Part shown: in pieces, positions 1 through 13,658 of the stretch
Layout: every line of letters begins with the position of its first letter
Numbering within the stretch: position 1 is the stretch's first letter
Source: Spironucleus salmonicida
Taxonomy: Eukaryota
NCBI RefSeq assembly: GCF_000497125.1
Contig: NC_090599.1
Coordinates: 1,240,001-1,304,000, forward strand
Direction of reading: 5' to 3'
Length of the DNA: 64,000 nucleotides
Program-made: the position numbers and the translations under genes
The notes under the pieces: model-generated
Databases searched by the model: none
Told to the model about the DNA's origin: nothing
Seen by the model: only the letters and a program-made list of their open reading frames with translations

Positions 1-13
1 AGAGTTGTTTGTA

Positions 14-1090
14 ATGCCTAAAAAATCTCTTATACTGGCACCAATGTGTACAGTTGGAACAATTCCATTCAGAAGATTATGTATCCATTATGGAGCTGAT
101 ATTACACTATCTGAAATGGTAATTGCGCGTTCAGTAGTAAAAGGCGATTTAACAGAACTCAAAAAACTCAGAAAACATAAGGAAGAAAAGATATTTGGAA
201 TTTAACTCACCGGTGACGCATAAGAGACAGCATAGGTCGCGCTTATGATTAAAAACTTGAAGCTGGCCGATTATGTTGATTTAAATGCCGCCTGCCCCCA
301 AGATGTTGCTACAAATATAAATTGCGGGTTTGCAATTGCCAATAGACCTGGGAAAATGGGAGGAGTATTGCGCGCTTTGGATGAAACCGGAGTTAATTAT
401 AGCGTCAAGACGCGCATTGGTGATTTTAAAGGTGATAGCATCGTTGATCGCATATTTGAGAAAGAGCTTATTGGACTGAAGAATTTAAGAGCGATCGCGC
501 TACATGGCAGAACTGCAAAGTAACGCTATACTAAACTTGCAGATTGGGATGTTCTTAGCGAGGTTAATGAGAGAATTAAGACTTTAAGAGCAGAAAATGA
601 AATCAATTATGAATTCATAGGAAATGGTGATATTTACAACGTGAAAGAGGCGTTATAAGCTTTAGAATGCTGTGATAGTGTCATAATTGGTAGAGGAGCT
701 TTACAAAAGCCTTGGATTTTTAAGGAGATCAAGGAAGGTAGAGAACTAGATTTGAGTTCATAAGAGAGATTTGAGATGCTTCAGATGTTTTGTGAGTTTT
801 GCGTTGAATACTATGGTAGCGATCGCATGGGAATCGAAAAAAGTAGAGAATAATTTCTAGAGAACTGGAACTTCATGAGCAGATACGTACCATTAGGAAT
901 TTGTGACGAAATTTAGAAGCTTAACGAAAGAATTCCCGAGCATATTGGTAGAGATGATTTGGAAACGTTAATGGGGAGTTAGAAAGCATCAGATTGGGTA
1001 AAGTTAAGTGAGATGCTCTTTGGGCCAGTTCCTGAAGGATTTATGTTTTAGCCCAAACATAAAAGCAAAGGTTTTGTTGAAAATAAGTGA
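14..1090 (+). CDS. DUS3: tRNA-dihydrouridine synthase 3-like (may extend 5' of the window)
   Basis: One frame with TAR=Gln: [43 protein letters not shown]-terminal PKHKS; ends AGTGA. The frame is open back to the window edge. Confidence 0.88.
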
Positions 1091-1356
1091 CCAAAGTTAA
1101 TTTCATTTTTATCCTAATTATCGTTATAATTAATCTATTTATTATGTTAGTTAAAGAATTTCTTCGTTTTTTCTATCCAGCATGTCATTAAACTTATCTT
1201 ATAGTTCCAAAATTTAATTTTGTCCTGAATTGATACAAGATTTCATTTTCAAATTCGATTCTTACCTAGTATACTTAAATATGATTTAATATTAGTAATA
1301 AACTATATTATAATTTTATTATTTTTAATAGCTTTATATAATTTTTATACCATTTT

Positions 1357-1365
1357 CCCCACTCC
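1357..1365 (+). promoter_or_regulatory. C-rich motif (CCCCACTCC) just upstream of a start codon; similar motifs at 6861, 9681-9699, 13643, 23493, 25478, 37818, 57449
   Basis: Recurrent CCACTCC/CACTTC-like pyrimidine tract within about 20 nt of the ATG of many genes here. Confidence 0.6.
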
Positions 1366-1371
1366 AAAAAA

Positions 1372-2073
1372 ATGATAGCTCCATCTATATTATCAGCAGA
1401 TTTTGCAAACCTTTAAACTGATACACTATCAGTCCTCCCAGAAGCAGACTGGATTCATTTTGACGTCATGGATGGTCATTTTGTCCCGAATTTGACAGTT
1501 GGTCCCTGTGTCCTTAGTTCTTTGAAGAAACAAATCCCAAACGCTTTCTATGACGTCCACCTGATGGTAACTGATCCATAAACATGGGCGTTGGAGTTCA
1601 TAAAAGCAGGAGCCGATATGATTACTTTCCACGTAGAATCACAATCACTGCGTCCTGATCCCACTTCTACAAAGCCCTATCCATTGAAATCTGATATCCC
1701 AACTATTACTGAAAATTCTATTATCCTTCTCAAAAAGCTCCAAAAATCATGCAAGGCAGGTGTTGTTATCAAGCCAGAAAGTGATATAAACGATTACAAA
1801 GCCCTCTTATCTCATATAGATCTCCTCCTCATTATGTCTGTCGAGCCAGGCTTTGGGGGCCAGAAATACCAGCCCAAGTGCGCAGAGAAGGCCAAATTAG
1901 CACGCGAATTGGGCTATAAAGGCCTCATAGAAATTGATGGCGGAATCTCGAACGAAACGATTTAGCACGCGAAGGGGTGCGGAATTGACGTTTTTGTAGC
2001 CGGTAGTTACGTTTTTGGTGTTAGTGGTGAGGACAGAAAGCGCAGAATCTTGGGTTTGAAGGACTCCTAGTGA
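1372..2073 (+). CDS. RPE: Ribulose-phosphate 3-epimerase
   Basis: [55 protein letters not shown]; ends TAG-TGA. Confidence 0.95.
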
Positions 2074-2213
2074 GGGTGAAATTTTGAAATATTTATAGCA
2101 ATTAATTTTTACATATTCTTTAATAGTTTTAGAATGAAACTAATAGCTTTTCAGTTGTATGACTAAAAATTATGTTGTTTTTTATTTATCATGTTTTGCT
2201 AAGTAAAAATCCC

Positions 2214-5200
2214 TCACTTTCCACCAAATGCCTACGCTAAATTTATAACGAAGCTGGTTTGCCGATTTTTATCGACCCTCTCCTTATCGGCATCCTGCCT
2301 CGATTGTCGTACCATGATACGACTTTTTAGCATTTCATTGACTCGATTGCTTAGCTCCATTACCTTGCTAACACCTTTCCACTCTTTTCGGATTTTGTTG
2401 AAGAAAGATACTCCTACTTGGCATCCAAAATTGGTTCCATCGTCAATAAAATTGTCCTTATACGCCGAGCTCACTTTTAGTGCGAGATCCTGCACGCTGA
2501 GTGTGCGTTCCAGCGGTATATATTCCTTCTTGTCTAATTGTTCATAAATATTTCTGGATTTAGCTTCATCCTCCGTAAGGTAATGCTTCTTGCCGTCCAC
2601 TAGTTCATAAACAGCGCCATTAGGCTCAACACCAATCTTATTAGGCAGCTTTTTCCTGACAGCAGAAGATTACTAAATTTTAACGAGCTTGTCAATTTAA
2701 TTTTGGTTATTTTCTTAATATTGTTTTAACTCTTGTATATCTTCTTTTTACAACACCTTTTTAGTACCATCCGCCATAGTTTCTACATAATTGCCGTTAT
2801 CATCCATATTGATTTCTCGGCCAGGAACTAAAATCTTCTTCGAGCCGTCTTCGTTGTAAATAAATTTAACTCCATTTTCGTCTTCTACAGCATTTTTAAT
2901 AACAGACTTTACTGCCTATCTAGATGTGAACTTTGCGCTTTTGAGATTTTTTATTTCTTTCTCATTCAATTTTTTAACACTTCCATCTTTTTAAACTTCA
3001 AATACTTCACCATTCTCGTTTCTAACAAATTTTTTGTCTCCAATTTAAGCAGTTTCTCCAGTAATTGATGCCAGTTATGCTTTAACTGTATTATCATTAA
3101 GAATAGCCTCAGATTCTTCTTTGTTAAGCAATGTGGTAGTGCCATCTTGATTATATCTAATAACGCCTTCTGAAGTGACTTCCATCATCAAATTTCCATG
3201 CTTAATCAACTTCTTAACCTAACTTTTATGTTTTTTCTGACGATATATTTTGGAAAATTCAGGATCTGCCAATTTCTAGTTACCATGCTCATCAATTTCG
3301 TAAATTTCGCCATCTGCTCCTTCTTCGAAGATTTTTCCATTGATCTCTTTCTTTGACTGCTTCTATGCTATTTTTTACTTTAACCCTATAATTTTAGCAG
3401 CCGAAACAGGCTTCTTGGCGCCTGTTCTAGTATCAACTTCGTAAATCTCGCCGTCATCCCCAGTTTCGTACATTTTTCCGTCAATAACAGTCTGTTTAGC
3501 TTATGTCTTCTTCTGCTTCAAGGATGCTGCCAGCGCCCTGCTGACCTTCACCTTCCGCCCATCGGCCTGGACTGCAAACACTTCGCCACCAGCACCCTCT
3601 TCGTAGATTTATCCATCAACAATGATTTACTTTTGTAACTTCTTCTAAGCCGCCTTTTGTGCCGTAGCCTGGTCCGCTTTTTGTTTTGTGCCGTCAGGCT
3701 TTACCAGATATATCTCGCCGTCCGAGCCTTCCTCGCAAATCTGGCCGTCCACAATCACCTGTTTCTGCTAGATTTGGTGCTTCTTTTGACGTATTTCCTG
3801 CGCTTATCCAGCAGAGATTTTCTGGTGCGATCCATTAGACTGCACTGCGTAGATCTCGCCGTCCGAGCCTTCCTCGTAAATCTAACCGTCCACCAGAATC
3901 TGCTTTTACTGCTGCGTGGCCTGTTTCTACCGCTTAATTAGCTGCTGCTGCATTTTGCTGACGATTTTCTTCGTACCATTAGCGCCGGTCTCGTAAAACT
4001 CTCCGTCCGATCCCTCCTCGTATATCTTTCCGTCCATGACGACTTATTTTTCCTTTTAATGCTGTCGCTTGGCTTTCACTTCGCCGGCTCTTTTTAGGTC
4101 TATTTTGACTTTTTCACCCGTTGCAGACACCTGAAATACATCACCGTCCGAATTCTCCTCGTAAATCTCGCCATCTACTACAATTTAGCTGTCTTTTCTC
4201 TTTTGGAACGTCTCCACAGTTGCTTTATCCGCTTTTACCTTTTGGCCATTGCTCTGGATTTCGTAGATTTCGCCATCGCTGCCCTCCTCAAAGGTTTTAC
4301 CGTTAATGACCTTTTTCGCAGGCTTGCCCAAAAGCAGTTTTTCAACTTTCGACTAAACCGCAGGATTTTGCATCAGTTTTGCTTTTTGCTCCCCCGTTAT
4401 TTCGACTTATGTGCCGTCTTTACTGACCGTGAACATATGTCCTTCGTCGTCTACCACATATTCCACTCCATTAACTGTTATTTTGGACTGTTTTTGTTCA
4501 ATTTAATGATTTTCGTTGGCAATTTTAACCTTTTCTTGTTCTATTATGTCCTTATCCAACTGAACGTCCTTAATTTTGTTAATTTCTGACGAGTTCAGTT
4601 TTACCTTTTTGCCGTCTATTTCCTCGTAGTAATTACCATTTCCATCAACTGTAATTTTTCTCTTTCCTGCAGGAATTACCTTATTCCCCTGAGAGTCAAT
4701 TATAAAAATTAAACCGTCATCGGTTGCACCAGTGATTATTTACTTTAACTATGCTGCACGATTTTCAAATAAATTTTTCTTTGCTGAACCTTTATTTTCA
4801 ATATTTTATGTATCTGCTCTTTTGTACAATGAGGCTGATTATTTTCCTGATTTGGTTAAAATTGGCGGTTTACCATCTTTAAGCTTTTCACCTTAGGTAT
4901 GGTTTACAATTTTGTACTAATTGAGATTTCGGTCCAATGCAATCCTATTATTTTCAGGATCCGTACAAAAGAAATATCCATGAAGTTCATCGAAAAAGTA
5001 GGGCACATTATCGATTAAAAGTTCGTTATTACTGACTTAATAAGAAAATGATTTTTTCTAGCATAAAATTTAGCCTTTAGAGTCAACTCTATATACACCA
5101 TCGTTTTCCTAATAATAAAAACCTAACGAGTCCACTGAATAATGCTTGGTATCAGACCCTATGTAATACATTTTATCATTGACATTCACCTGTTAAAGTT

Positions 5201-6776
5201 CTGAAATATGTTATCTCTTGTTAAGTGTGTCCACCAAAACATCCTTTGGAGGAAGCATTGGTTATGTATATTTTTCCAATATTTTCATCTTAAATTCGTA
5301 TTCTCTGAAGAAGGGTGGGTTATACGGCTCAAATGTATCTAAATCTAAGTATGTTCGCTTATTATCCGTGCTAATAAAAGGCTAATTGAACTGATCTATA
5401 TTGTACTTCAAGCCATCCTCTGTAACGTAAATCCTGCCTTCGCCTTTACCGTAGCTGTCAGGAACGATCTGCCGATGCTGTGAATCTAACATATACAACT
5501 CATCGCCTACAAACCGAAACAGCTTGCCCTGGTTGTTGCGGAAATAGAATCTCTGGTGCTCATCTTCGTACCCCCAGAGCCCCTTCTTGTGCTAGCTGTA
5601 GATTCGCCCGATTACCGTATCAAGGAATGTGACCTTCCCATCATTAACGCGCTTCAGGAACCTGGCCTCCTTCCCAAGGTAAGTGATCGCTCCGTTATCG
5701 CCGAAAACGAAGGGGAGCGCACTTGAGCAGTTCCGGCCGCTAACATCCCCGAAGCCCGCAAAGGGGTCAATGATCTCGATCTTCTCTAGAACTCGTTACG
5801 CGTTCAGATCGACGATCTGAAGCCCGCTGCGGCTCGGCGCACGACTCAGAGCATGTGACTGGTTCAGCAGCTTCCCGAGCTTCTCCATGTTCTGCTCCTG
5901 GAACGCGAGCTCGGCTTGGCGCCGGAAGTTCAGGAAATTCGTGTTCATTTGGTTGATTTTTGCCTCGAATTCGGGCGTTTTGTCCAAATTAATTTCGACT
6001 TTTCGCTCCTAAATTTGAATTTTCGTGGATGCAATTTTCGTCTAATTGTCAATCTCGCGTTTCAGGCGCTCCAGCTCGGCGTTAGCCTAATCTAGTTTGC
6101 TCTCCAGAAACTTGATCTGGCTGTTTTGGTGATAAATGTCAGTTTGCAATGAATTGATATAAATTTCAACTTTTCCTTCCTATTGCAAATCCTTCAAAGC
6201 TTTGATTTTGTCCGCCTTGTACAGGACGCCCATTTTCTCAAATTCGAGGATCTGCTGGCGCTGCTGATTTAACTGCATCTGCAGATTTTCGCGCTCTGCA
6301 CTGTGTTTCTGCAGCCGGCTACTGGCAGTTTCCGTCTGCTCACAGACCTGCAATTCGGCTAATTTAGCGCGTTGCAGCAGAAGGTCCACCTGGTCGTCCG
6401 TGAGAGATCTTGAGTTTTCCGTGCTGAAGTAGGACAGTAGCTCGTGGTCGATGTCCAGCTGCAGCGTCCGCACGGCCTTCACTTTTTATTCGCTCAGAAA
6501 ATGTTTAAAAATCGGATAAATGTTTTTCGGATTTTCGTGGTCCGTCATTGGGTCGCAGTTTAGCTCAGCTTCGTTAAGTACGTAAAACGGGCGTTCTTAA
6601 ATCATCATTTCGATGTTTTCGAACATTTTTGCGATTATTAAGTCAATGCGTTTTTGGATCAGGCCTTGTAGGTGCAGCTATTACAGTTATTGAGATCCTG
6701 GTTTGGGTGATTTGATAGAGTTTTGCCTTGAGGATATCAATGGCGATTGTTTCAGAGGCGGTAGTTTTTTATCCAT
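2214..6776 (-). CDS. Large (1520 aa) hypothetical protein: N-terminal coiled coil plus tandem ~45-aa repeats (VDGxIYEEGSDGEIY)
   Basis: ORF-track fragments 6180-6482, 5796-5987 and 2232-2600 share one frame and join through TAR codons; ATG at 6776, AGTGA stop at 2214. Confidence 0.8.
3280..4330 (-). repeat. At least 8 coding tandem repeats, period ~130-140 nt
   Basis: Units such as KQILVDGQIYEEGSDGEIY, KQVIVDGQICEEGSDGEIY, KVINGKTFEEGSDGEIY. Confidence 0.85.
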
Positions 6777-6879
6777 TAGAGGAAATGATTATTTATAATA
6801 TAATTATTAGTAGTATGAAAACAAATAAATCTAGAGTATTATATAATTATTTGTATATTTCACTCCACTTTTCGTTTTA

Positions 6880-8478
6880 ATGGACAGAAGACAAGGTAAC
6901 CCTCGTACTACTAAAGACTTTAAGAAATCCAATCCTGACGCTCAGAAGAAATTCAATAAGCCAAAAGAAGACTTGCCCGACCCAAAAGAGAGAAAACTCC
7001 AGAAACGTGAGAAAAAATCGAAAGTTTATTCTTGCGACATGTCGCAGCTTCTCTAAATCTTTGAGTAAGCACGGCAAGCAAACTGCGAAAATCGTGATGA
7101 TCTACTGAAAAAGGCCTTTGCAATGCTTGAGCGTAACTTTCAGGCTGCTGCTCTTTCAAACACTGAAGGTCGTATACTATGTCTTTTCTTTGAATATGGT
7201 ACTCTCGAGCAATAAGCTAAAATCGCGTCTGAGGTATAAAAGATATTTTTCCAGGTATGTACCTCGAAGTACGGCTACCACCTTGCAATAAAAATGCTTA
7301 AAATAAATACTAACAAGCCTTAAGCCTACGTAACCTAATTAATTGAGACAGAAGTGCTACCTAACCTCACCCAGTATTCTTCTTAAGTCCAGGCTATCCA
7401 AGTTGTCAACCACATCTTCGCCAACAGCTCTTTCTACCGAATGAAGATTATGCAGCAAATCGCACCTGATCTTCTCGCAAATGAGCTCTAATTCGAACAG
7501 AACATCAAGCCAATAATGAAACTCATCAATACCGCCCTCTCTAAGGATTTAATTGCCTCACCGTTCATCCAGAAGCTGATTTCAAAAATTTTTGACGCCT
7601 ACGCGAAACTCAAGTCCCCAAAGACGATAGCAGCCTGCGAGTTCGAAATCAAAGCCATTTCCTCCCAAATCGAGCCTGCGTCGATCCTGCTGCTCATCGA
7701 CAAGCCAGACGGCGTCAAAATCGCCTGCCAGATCTACGCGCTGCAGCCCCCGAAAGCGAAGCAGCAAATCATCCACCAGCTCAAGCAGAAGCTCCTCGAG
7801 ATCTCGCTGGACCCGATCGCGAGCACGATCCTCTACTTCATGTTCATGAACACCGACGACACGAAGTTTTTGAGCGAAAATCTGCTCGTCGGGCTGCGCA
7901 AAAACGTCGCAAAAATGCAGAACAATTTGAGCATTTTCCAGTTCCTCTGCTGCGGTTTCCGGGCGATTTCGGCCAACAAAATCTTCAACGGAAACGTCAA
8001 ATTGCTCGAGGTCCTGCGGTCCGCGGAGGCGCTCTGGAACCCCTGCAAGAAGGACGTCGCGAAGCGCGAGGCCGAGGTTTTCGCGTATTTCAAGGCCGTT
8101 TTCGGCGACTATTTCACGCCCGAAAAGGTGTACGCGCTGTCGCTGGAGGACAAGAATAACGGCTTCCTGAACGCGCTTTTGGCGCCCCAGGACGTCGCGC
8201 AGAACTACTGCAAAATGCTCGACGGCGAGTACGTTTTCAGGCACAATGTGGCGCATTACGGGCTCAACATGTTCCTGAAGCAGAGCGCGGACGCTGCGCT
8301 CGTGGGCGCGTTCCTGGAGCAGTTCCAGGACGTCCCTGCTGACAACTTCGTGAAACGGGGCGCTTTCGTGCTCAAGGCGCTCAGCGCGCTCGATAAGGCG
8401 CAGATTGTCGCGTTCGTGGGGGCTAAGGGCGTCTGTGCGGACGACAAGGTGATTCAGGGGCTGCTGCAGGCCGAGTGA
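6880..8478 (+). CDS. PUF6: Pumilio-family nucleolar protein PUF6/Puf-A (CPL domain)
   Basis: Basic N-terminus, then helical repeats GRILCLFLEYGTLEQQ, TSKYGYHLAIKML, NTDDTKFL; in frame with the track ORF 7516-8478. Confidence 0.75.
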
Positions 8479-8625
8479 TGTTGAAGTGGGTGGGTTTTTG
8501 GAGGGTTTTGGGGCAACTCAGAGCAGGAAGTTATAGAATGTGACGTATTTCGAATAATATTTTTTTATGAAATTGTTGTTTATATTGTATGATATTGCTT
8601 TGTTCTCAAATCGTCGGTCGGTAAA

Positions 8626-9636
8626 ATGAACATTCACGCCCTCGCCAGAGATGTCAAAAACTACCTGTAGCCACCAAATCCATTGGCGATCTTTAAGATT
8701 ATCATGCCACTTAGTCACTCATAGGTGTAGCAGCTATGCCGTGCGTTTTAGTAGCAAACTGGATACTGCCTGAAGCGTCTTTTGACAGGCCCTAAATTCG
8801 GATTTCTCTGCATATCAGGGAGTACAGAAATAAACTCTTTAGAAAGCGTGTACGAGCGTGCGTGCGCTGTGGCAGCGCTGGAAGCAACTAGCTCTGAAAC
8901 GTTCGTTCTGACTCCACCAGCTTAATAGCTTGGCTAATTACTTTCATTTAAGCTTGATACTGAAGTTAATTCGCTTTTAAAGGCAATATTATAAGCTTAA
9001 AATGACGCTATATCCTTAGTAGAAATTATTTTTTCAGCGTCTACCAAAATGTTAATATCTATATCAGAGCTGATTAATATTCGTTATAAGTAAACACCAA
9101 TATAGTTATTATCTTAATCGTTTGGTGATTAATCAGATGCCAAATTCCTCATAGTATCTCGTTTTTCTGCTCTTTTTAGCGAGCCAGAAGTGTAGAAAAT
9201 GTCTTAATTAACTAATATTTTACACGCATCCATGAACTCTTATATTTCAAAAATACCGCTAATGCAGCTTTTTGCTAGATTATTGCTTTTGATAGATTAA
9301 GATCAGTTAGCTGGTCTTGTTAATTTAACAAACTAAAGCGAAGATCTAATCGACTTGCAAAGTTTAATCGAGAAAAAATTCCAAAAAGAAGCGGAATTAG
9401 TAGAATATGCATTTTTAATTTATATAGATTGTGCTATTAATTAAAAACGTGGGTTTGCGCGTATTTTGAGACGTGGAATAAAAGAAAATCGCGACTTTTC
9501 GATTTGTTGGGTGCTAAGTTAAAGAGGTTTATAGGATGTTAAATAATAATATAAAGAAATGTTTGGAAAGGATTGTATGAAAGAATTAAAAAGTTAGAGC
9601 TGTGGGATCTTTAAAAAAGCTATTACCATTTTATGA
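8626..9636 (+). CDS. Annexin / alpha-giardin-like protein (336 aa)
   Basis: Open with TAR=Gln; annexin-like repeats LSHSQVQQLCRAFQQQTG and VKQQYKEMFGKDCMKELKSQSCGIFKKAITIL; typical annexin length. Confidence 0.7.
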
Positions 9637-9702
9637 CGTTTATAATTTATTAATATATAATATTGTTAAGTTTATGTTTTCACTTCTTTTACCACTTCCA
9701 AA

Positions 9703-12700
9703 ATGTTCATTCCTAAAAAATTCAATGTTTCACCTGGTATTAAGGGACCAGTTAATAATTAACATTAATAAAGTTCTGATCATTTTAGAGGTTATCCTTA
9801 GCATTTTGATGATAAGTTTTAGAAGCTTATGGTTAGATCGCACACTGAATCTTTTAACTCGTTTGTATCTAATTTGTAGATTATCGCAGATACGGCACCT
9901 TTAGTACATTTTAATGAATTTAGTGTTAAATATAAATCATTATAATTAGGTATTCCTTGCTCTTATCCTTAGGTCTGCAGGGATTCCTGTATTTCATATG
10001 AGTCACCTCTTTCAGCAGTTTTAGAAATTTCATATAAAGGTGATGTAATCTACTAAACTGTTACTATTGGTACTATACCCATTATGGTTGGTGCTTAAAT
10101 TTCCCATACTGGAAGTTTAAATAGATAAACTAAACCCTTGATTGCCGAGGATGAAACCGATTTCGGAGGATATTTTATTATCAATGGCGTTGAAAAGATA
10201 TTGCGTATGCTAGTTGCAAATAGAAGAAATTATATGGTATCTATGGAACGAACAGCTTTTTATAAAAGAGGGTCTAATTTTACTAAATATGGTATTTCAT
10301 TCAAATCCGTAAGAGAAGATGAAAGAGGGCAAACACTTATATTGCATGCATTAAAGGATGGGTCAGCAACTCTTAGAGTCTTAATTGATAAACGTGAATA
10401 TTTTATCCCAGTGGCTATTCTGTTAAGAGCATTAAAGTAGACATCAGATAAAGAAATTTATACTAAAATTGTTACACTTAGAAATAAATCTGAAACTACG
10501 GAAGAAAAGGCTTAAAATTTATATATTACAGAACGTGTTTAAATGATGCTCAGAGACCATCACAAAAATTCTATTTGGAAACGTGACACGGCAGTTGAGT
10601 ATATTGGCAAAAACTTTAGAGCCATATTACCATAGTATTTCTAAGATAAATCAGATTTCGAAGCAGGAGAGTATTTCTTAAAAAGACATATTTTTTGGCA
10701 TCTAACAGATTTTGAAGATAAATATAATCTAATTATTGAATTAATTCATTAACTATATTTGCTTACTATGGGAACTATTTAACCTGATAATAATGATTCT
10801 ACTGCAAACCATGAGGTCTTGCTTCCAGGGCATTTATTAACAATGTTTATATCTGAATGTTGTGAAAACTTTTTAACGTCGGTATCCTATGCCGTATAAA
10901 AAAGATATAAACCATTAGAAGAAAAGAATAACATCTAAGAATTCATAGATAAGTATCCAATATTTAGATAAAGTAGTTTTGCTGGGGTGAAGACTCTTTT
11001 ATCTACAGGAAATTTAATCTCTACTACTGGTTTAGATTTATTGTAAATAAATGGTTTTGCAGTTACTGCGGATAGACTTAATTTTGTCCGTTTTATGGCT
11101 CACTTCAGATCAATTCATAGAGGCGCATTTTTCACTGAAATGAAAACAACCGCTGTTAGAAAGATGCTGCCTGAAAGTTTTGGATTTTTATGTGTAGTAC
11201 ATACTCCGGATGGTGGACCATGTGGTCTTCTTAATCATTTATGTTCTGGTTGTGATATCGTTTAAAAATGTGATGTTTTTGGCCAATCTACTATTGAATA
11301 GATAATTAGAAGTGCAGGATTGGTGAAATATGATGAATATGAAGGATTTGAAGGTTGCAGTAGCGTGCCCGTCATGCTGGATGGTAAATTATTAGGTTTC
11401 TTACCTGAAGTTGGACTCATAGATGATGAAGGCAGAAGTGGTCATATTTATAATTTGATTAATTAATTAAGGTTACTTAAAAGTAATGGTACTATTAGTA
11501 ATAGAACAGAAATAGTTTATATACCACATAATAATAAAATAAGAATGAAAGGTTAACTTTCATTATATACTACAGCTAGTAGATATAGTCGTAAAGTACA
11601 TAGCTTATTATCTGATAGGTTAGAATATATTGGTAGTCAAGAGTAGTTATTTTTAGACATTGCTATGCTCTAAAATGAAATAAGAGTACCATATACTACT
11701 CATTAAGAACTATCGCCTATTTCAATGCTTAGTACTGTTGCTTCATTAGTCCCATGGCCTGACCATAATTAGTCACCACGTAATATGTACGAATGCTAAA
11801 TGCTTAAACAGACAATGGGGTTCCCTGCTAGATCAATGGATTATCGCATAGAAAGTAAAAGCTACAGAATAATGACACCATAAAGACCAATGATTAGAAC
11901 TGTTATGCACGATAAGGGTGGGTTTGATACACATCCTACTGGCACAAACGTTATCGTTGGTGTTTTAGCTTATACTGGTTATGATATGGAAGATGCATGT
12001 CTAATTAATAAAGCAGCTATTGAACGTGGTGTTTTCCACGGTGTAGTTTATACCGTACATACAATGGAACTTGAGAAGGATGAATTTTTCAAAGGGCCTA
12101 TGACTCCTTCAGGAAAGCATGATTGTGATGGTCTACCTATAATAGGGTGTCATATAACTAAAGGAGATATTCTATGTTATGTTTACAATAAAACTAAAGA
12201 CAAAATCCATGAAGACATATATAGGAAAGGAGAAAGTGGTGTTATCGAAAAAGTTATTGTGTGCAAAACTACCCGCGCTCCTACTTTCGCCAGAATCGTT
12301 ATTCGTCACGATCGTTCTCCAATCATTGGGGATAAATTCGCATCTCGTCACGGTCAGAAAGGTACTCTAGGCATCAAATATCACGGCCGTGACATGCCAT
12401 TCTGTCATTCAACAGGTATGACCCCGGATCTCATCATTAATCCACATGCGTTCCCTTCAAGGATGACAATCGGCATGCTTTTAGAGTCTCTTGCAGGAAA
12501 GTACTGCGCCCAAACAGGTTAATATGCAGACGCCACTCCATTTTAATTTTCTAATGAGCGCCGCTGTCTGGATCATTATGGCCAAAATTTGGAACAGCTC
12601 GGTTATTGCAAATACGGTTCAGAATAGCTATATTCAGGCATCACCGGCGAGGCCATGACGTGCTAAATTTTCATAGGAATGGTCTATTATCAAAGGCTCA

Positions 12701-13050
12701 GACACATGGTAAACGACAAATATCAAGTGCGTGCTAGAGGGTTAGTAACGGAGGCACTGGGCTAGCCAGTTAAGGGCCGTTCTAGAGGCGGCGGGACGCG
12801 TTTCGGAGAAATGGAAAGGGACGCTCTAATTGGTCACGGAACAGCAGCTCTGTTAAGGGGCAGATTGTGCACGGAAAGCGACGGCAGAATCGTGGAGATC
12901 TGCGAGGATTGCGGCGGAATTTGGATCCAGGACGGAAAGTGCCAAGTGTGCTAAGGGGCCTTGAAGAAGTGCATCATGCCGCAGGTGTGTCTGGCGCTCG
13001 TTAGCGAGCTGAGCGGAATGGGGGTCAAAATGTCGTTTAAGGTCGAGTGA
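9703..13050 (+). CDS. RPA2: DNA-directed RNA polymerase I second-largest subunit
   Basis: [68 protein letters not shown] and C-terminal Zn ribbon; Pol I-specific signatures. Confidence 0.95.
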
Positions 13051-13085
13051 GAGGGTTTCTGGCGGTGCAGGATTAGATTTGGAGT
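12845..13085. repeat. RPA2 3' end, repeated in inverted orientation at ~34995-35236
   Basis: Direct comparison shows ~6 mismatches over the last 206 coding nt; track ORFs 12853-13215(-) and 34941-35228(+) translate almost identically. Confidence 0.92.
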
Positions 13086-13658
13086 GCTGGGAAGCGGTTT
13101 TTGGGAGATGAAAATGCAAAAAATATTGTGGGGAGATTAAATAGCACAGTCTGAAAATAAGAAAATGCGCATTTGCCAGAATGGAAAATAAGGAACTGAA
13201 GATTTTGATTGACAATTTGTGAGGTTGTTAGCAGACCAGATTCTTAAGAATTGGCTGGCTTTGCGAACCAAGAATAGAATTTTCAACTTATTGCTTTGAT
13301 CGTGATCGATTTTACAGTTTCTGATGAAAACGGAATTATGTTAGAAATAGTATTATATTAACAATATAAAAAAGAGTAAGTAAAATTATCTTAGTACCAA
13401 AAATGGTAATGAGGGCGCTATTATTAAAAGTTGAAGAAAGTATACGAAGTTTAATAAGAGTTAATTGGGTTAATTGCAAAATAGAGTTTCCATAAAGCTC
13501 GCTTTAGACCAGAGTATAGTTTGCATTACGTTTATTCTGGATGAGTAGCCTTTCAGAGTCTGTAATGAAAATGAAAATTAAATATTACGAGAAACTTAAT
13601 TTTATATTATATAGAATATTAAATATTGCATTATATGTTATTTCCCGCTTCTTCCAAG

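Noticed and set aside
3280-4330. CRISPR-like spaced repeats
   Set aside because: The units are degenerate, in-frame protein repeats in a eukaryotic gene; no cas genes.
7582-8256. 224-aa minus-strand ORF in the track
   Set aside because: Antisense shadow of the GC-rich 3' half of PUF6; no motifs.
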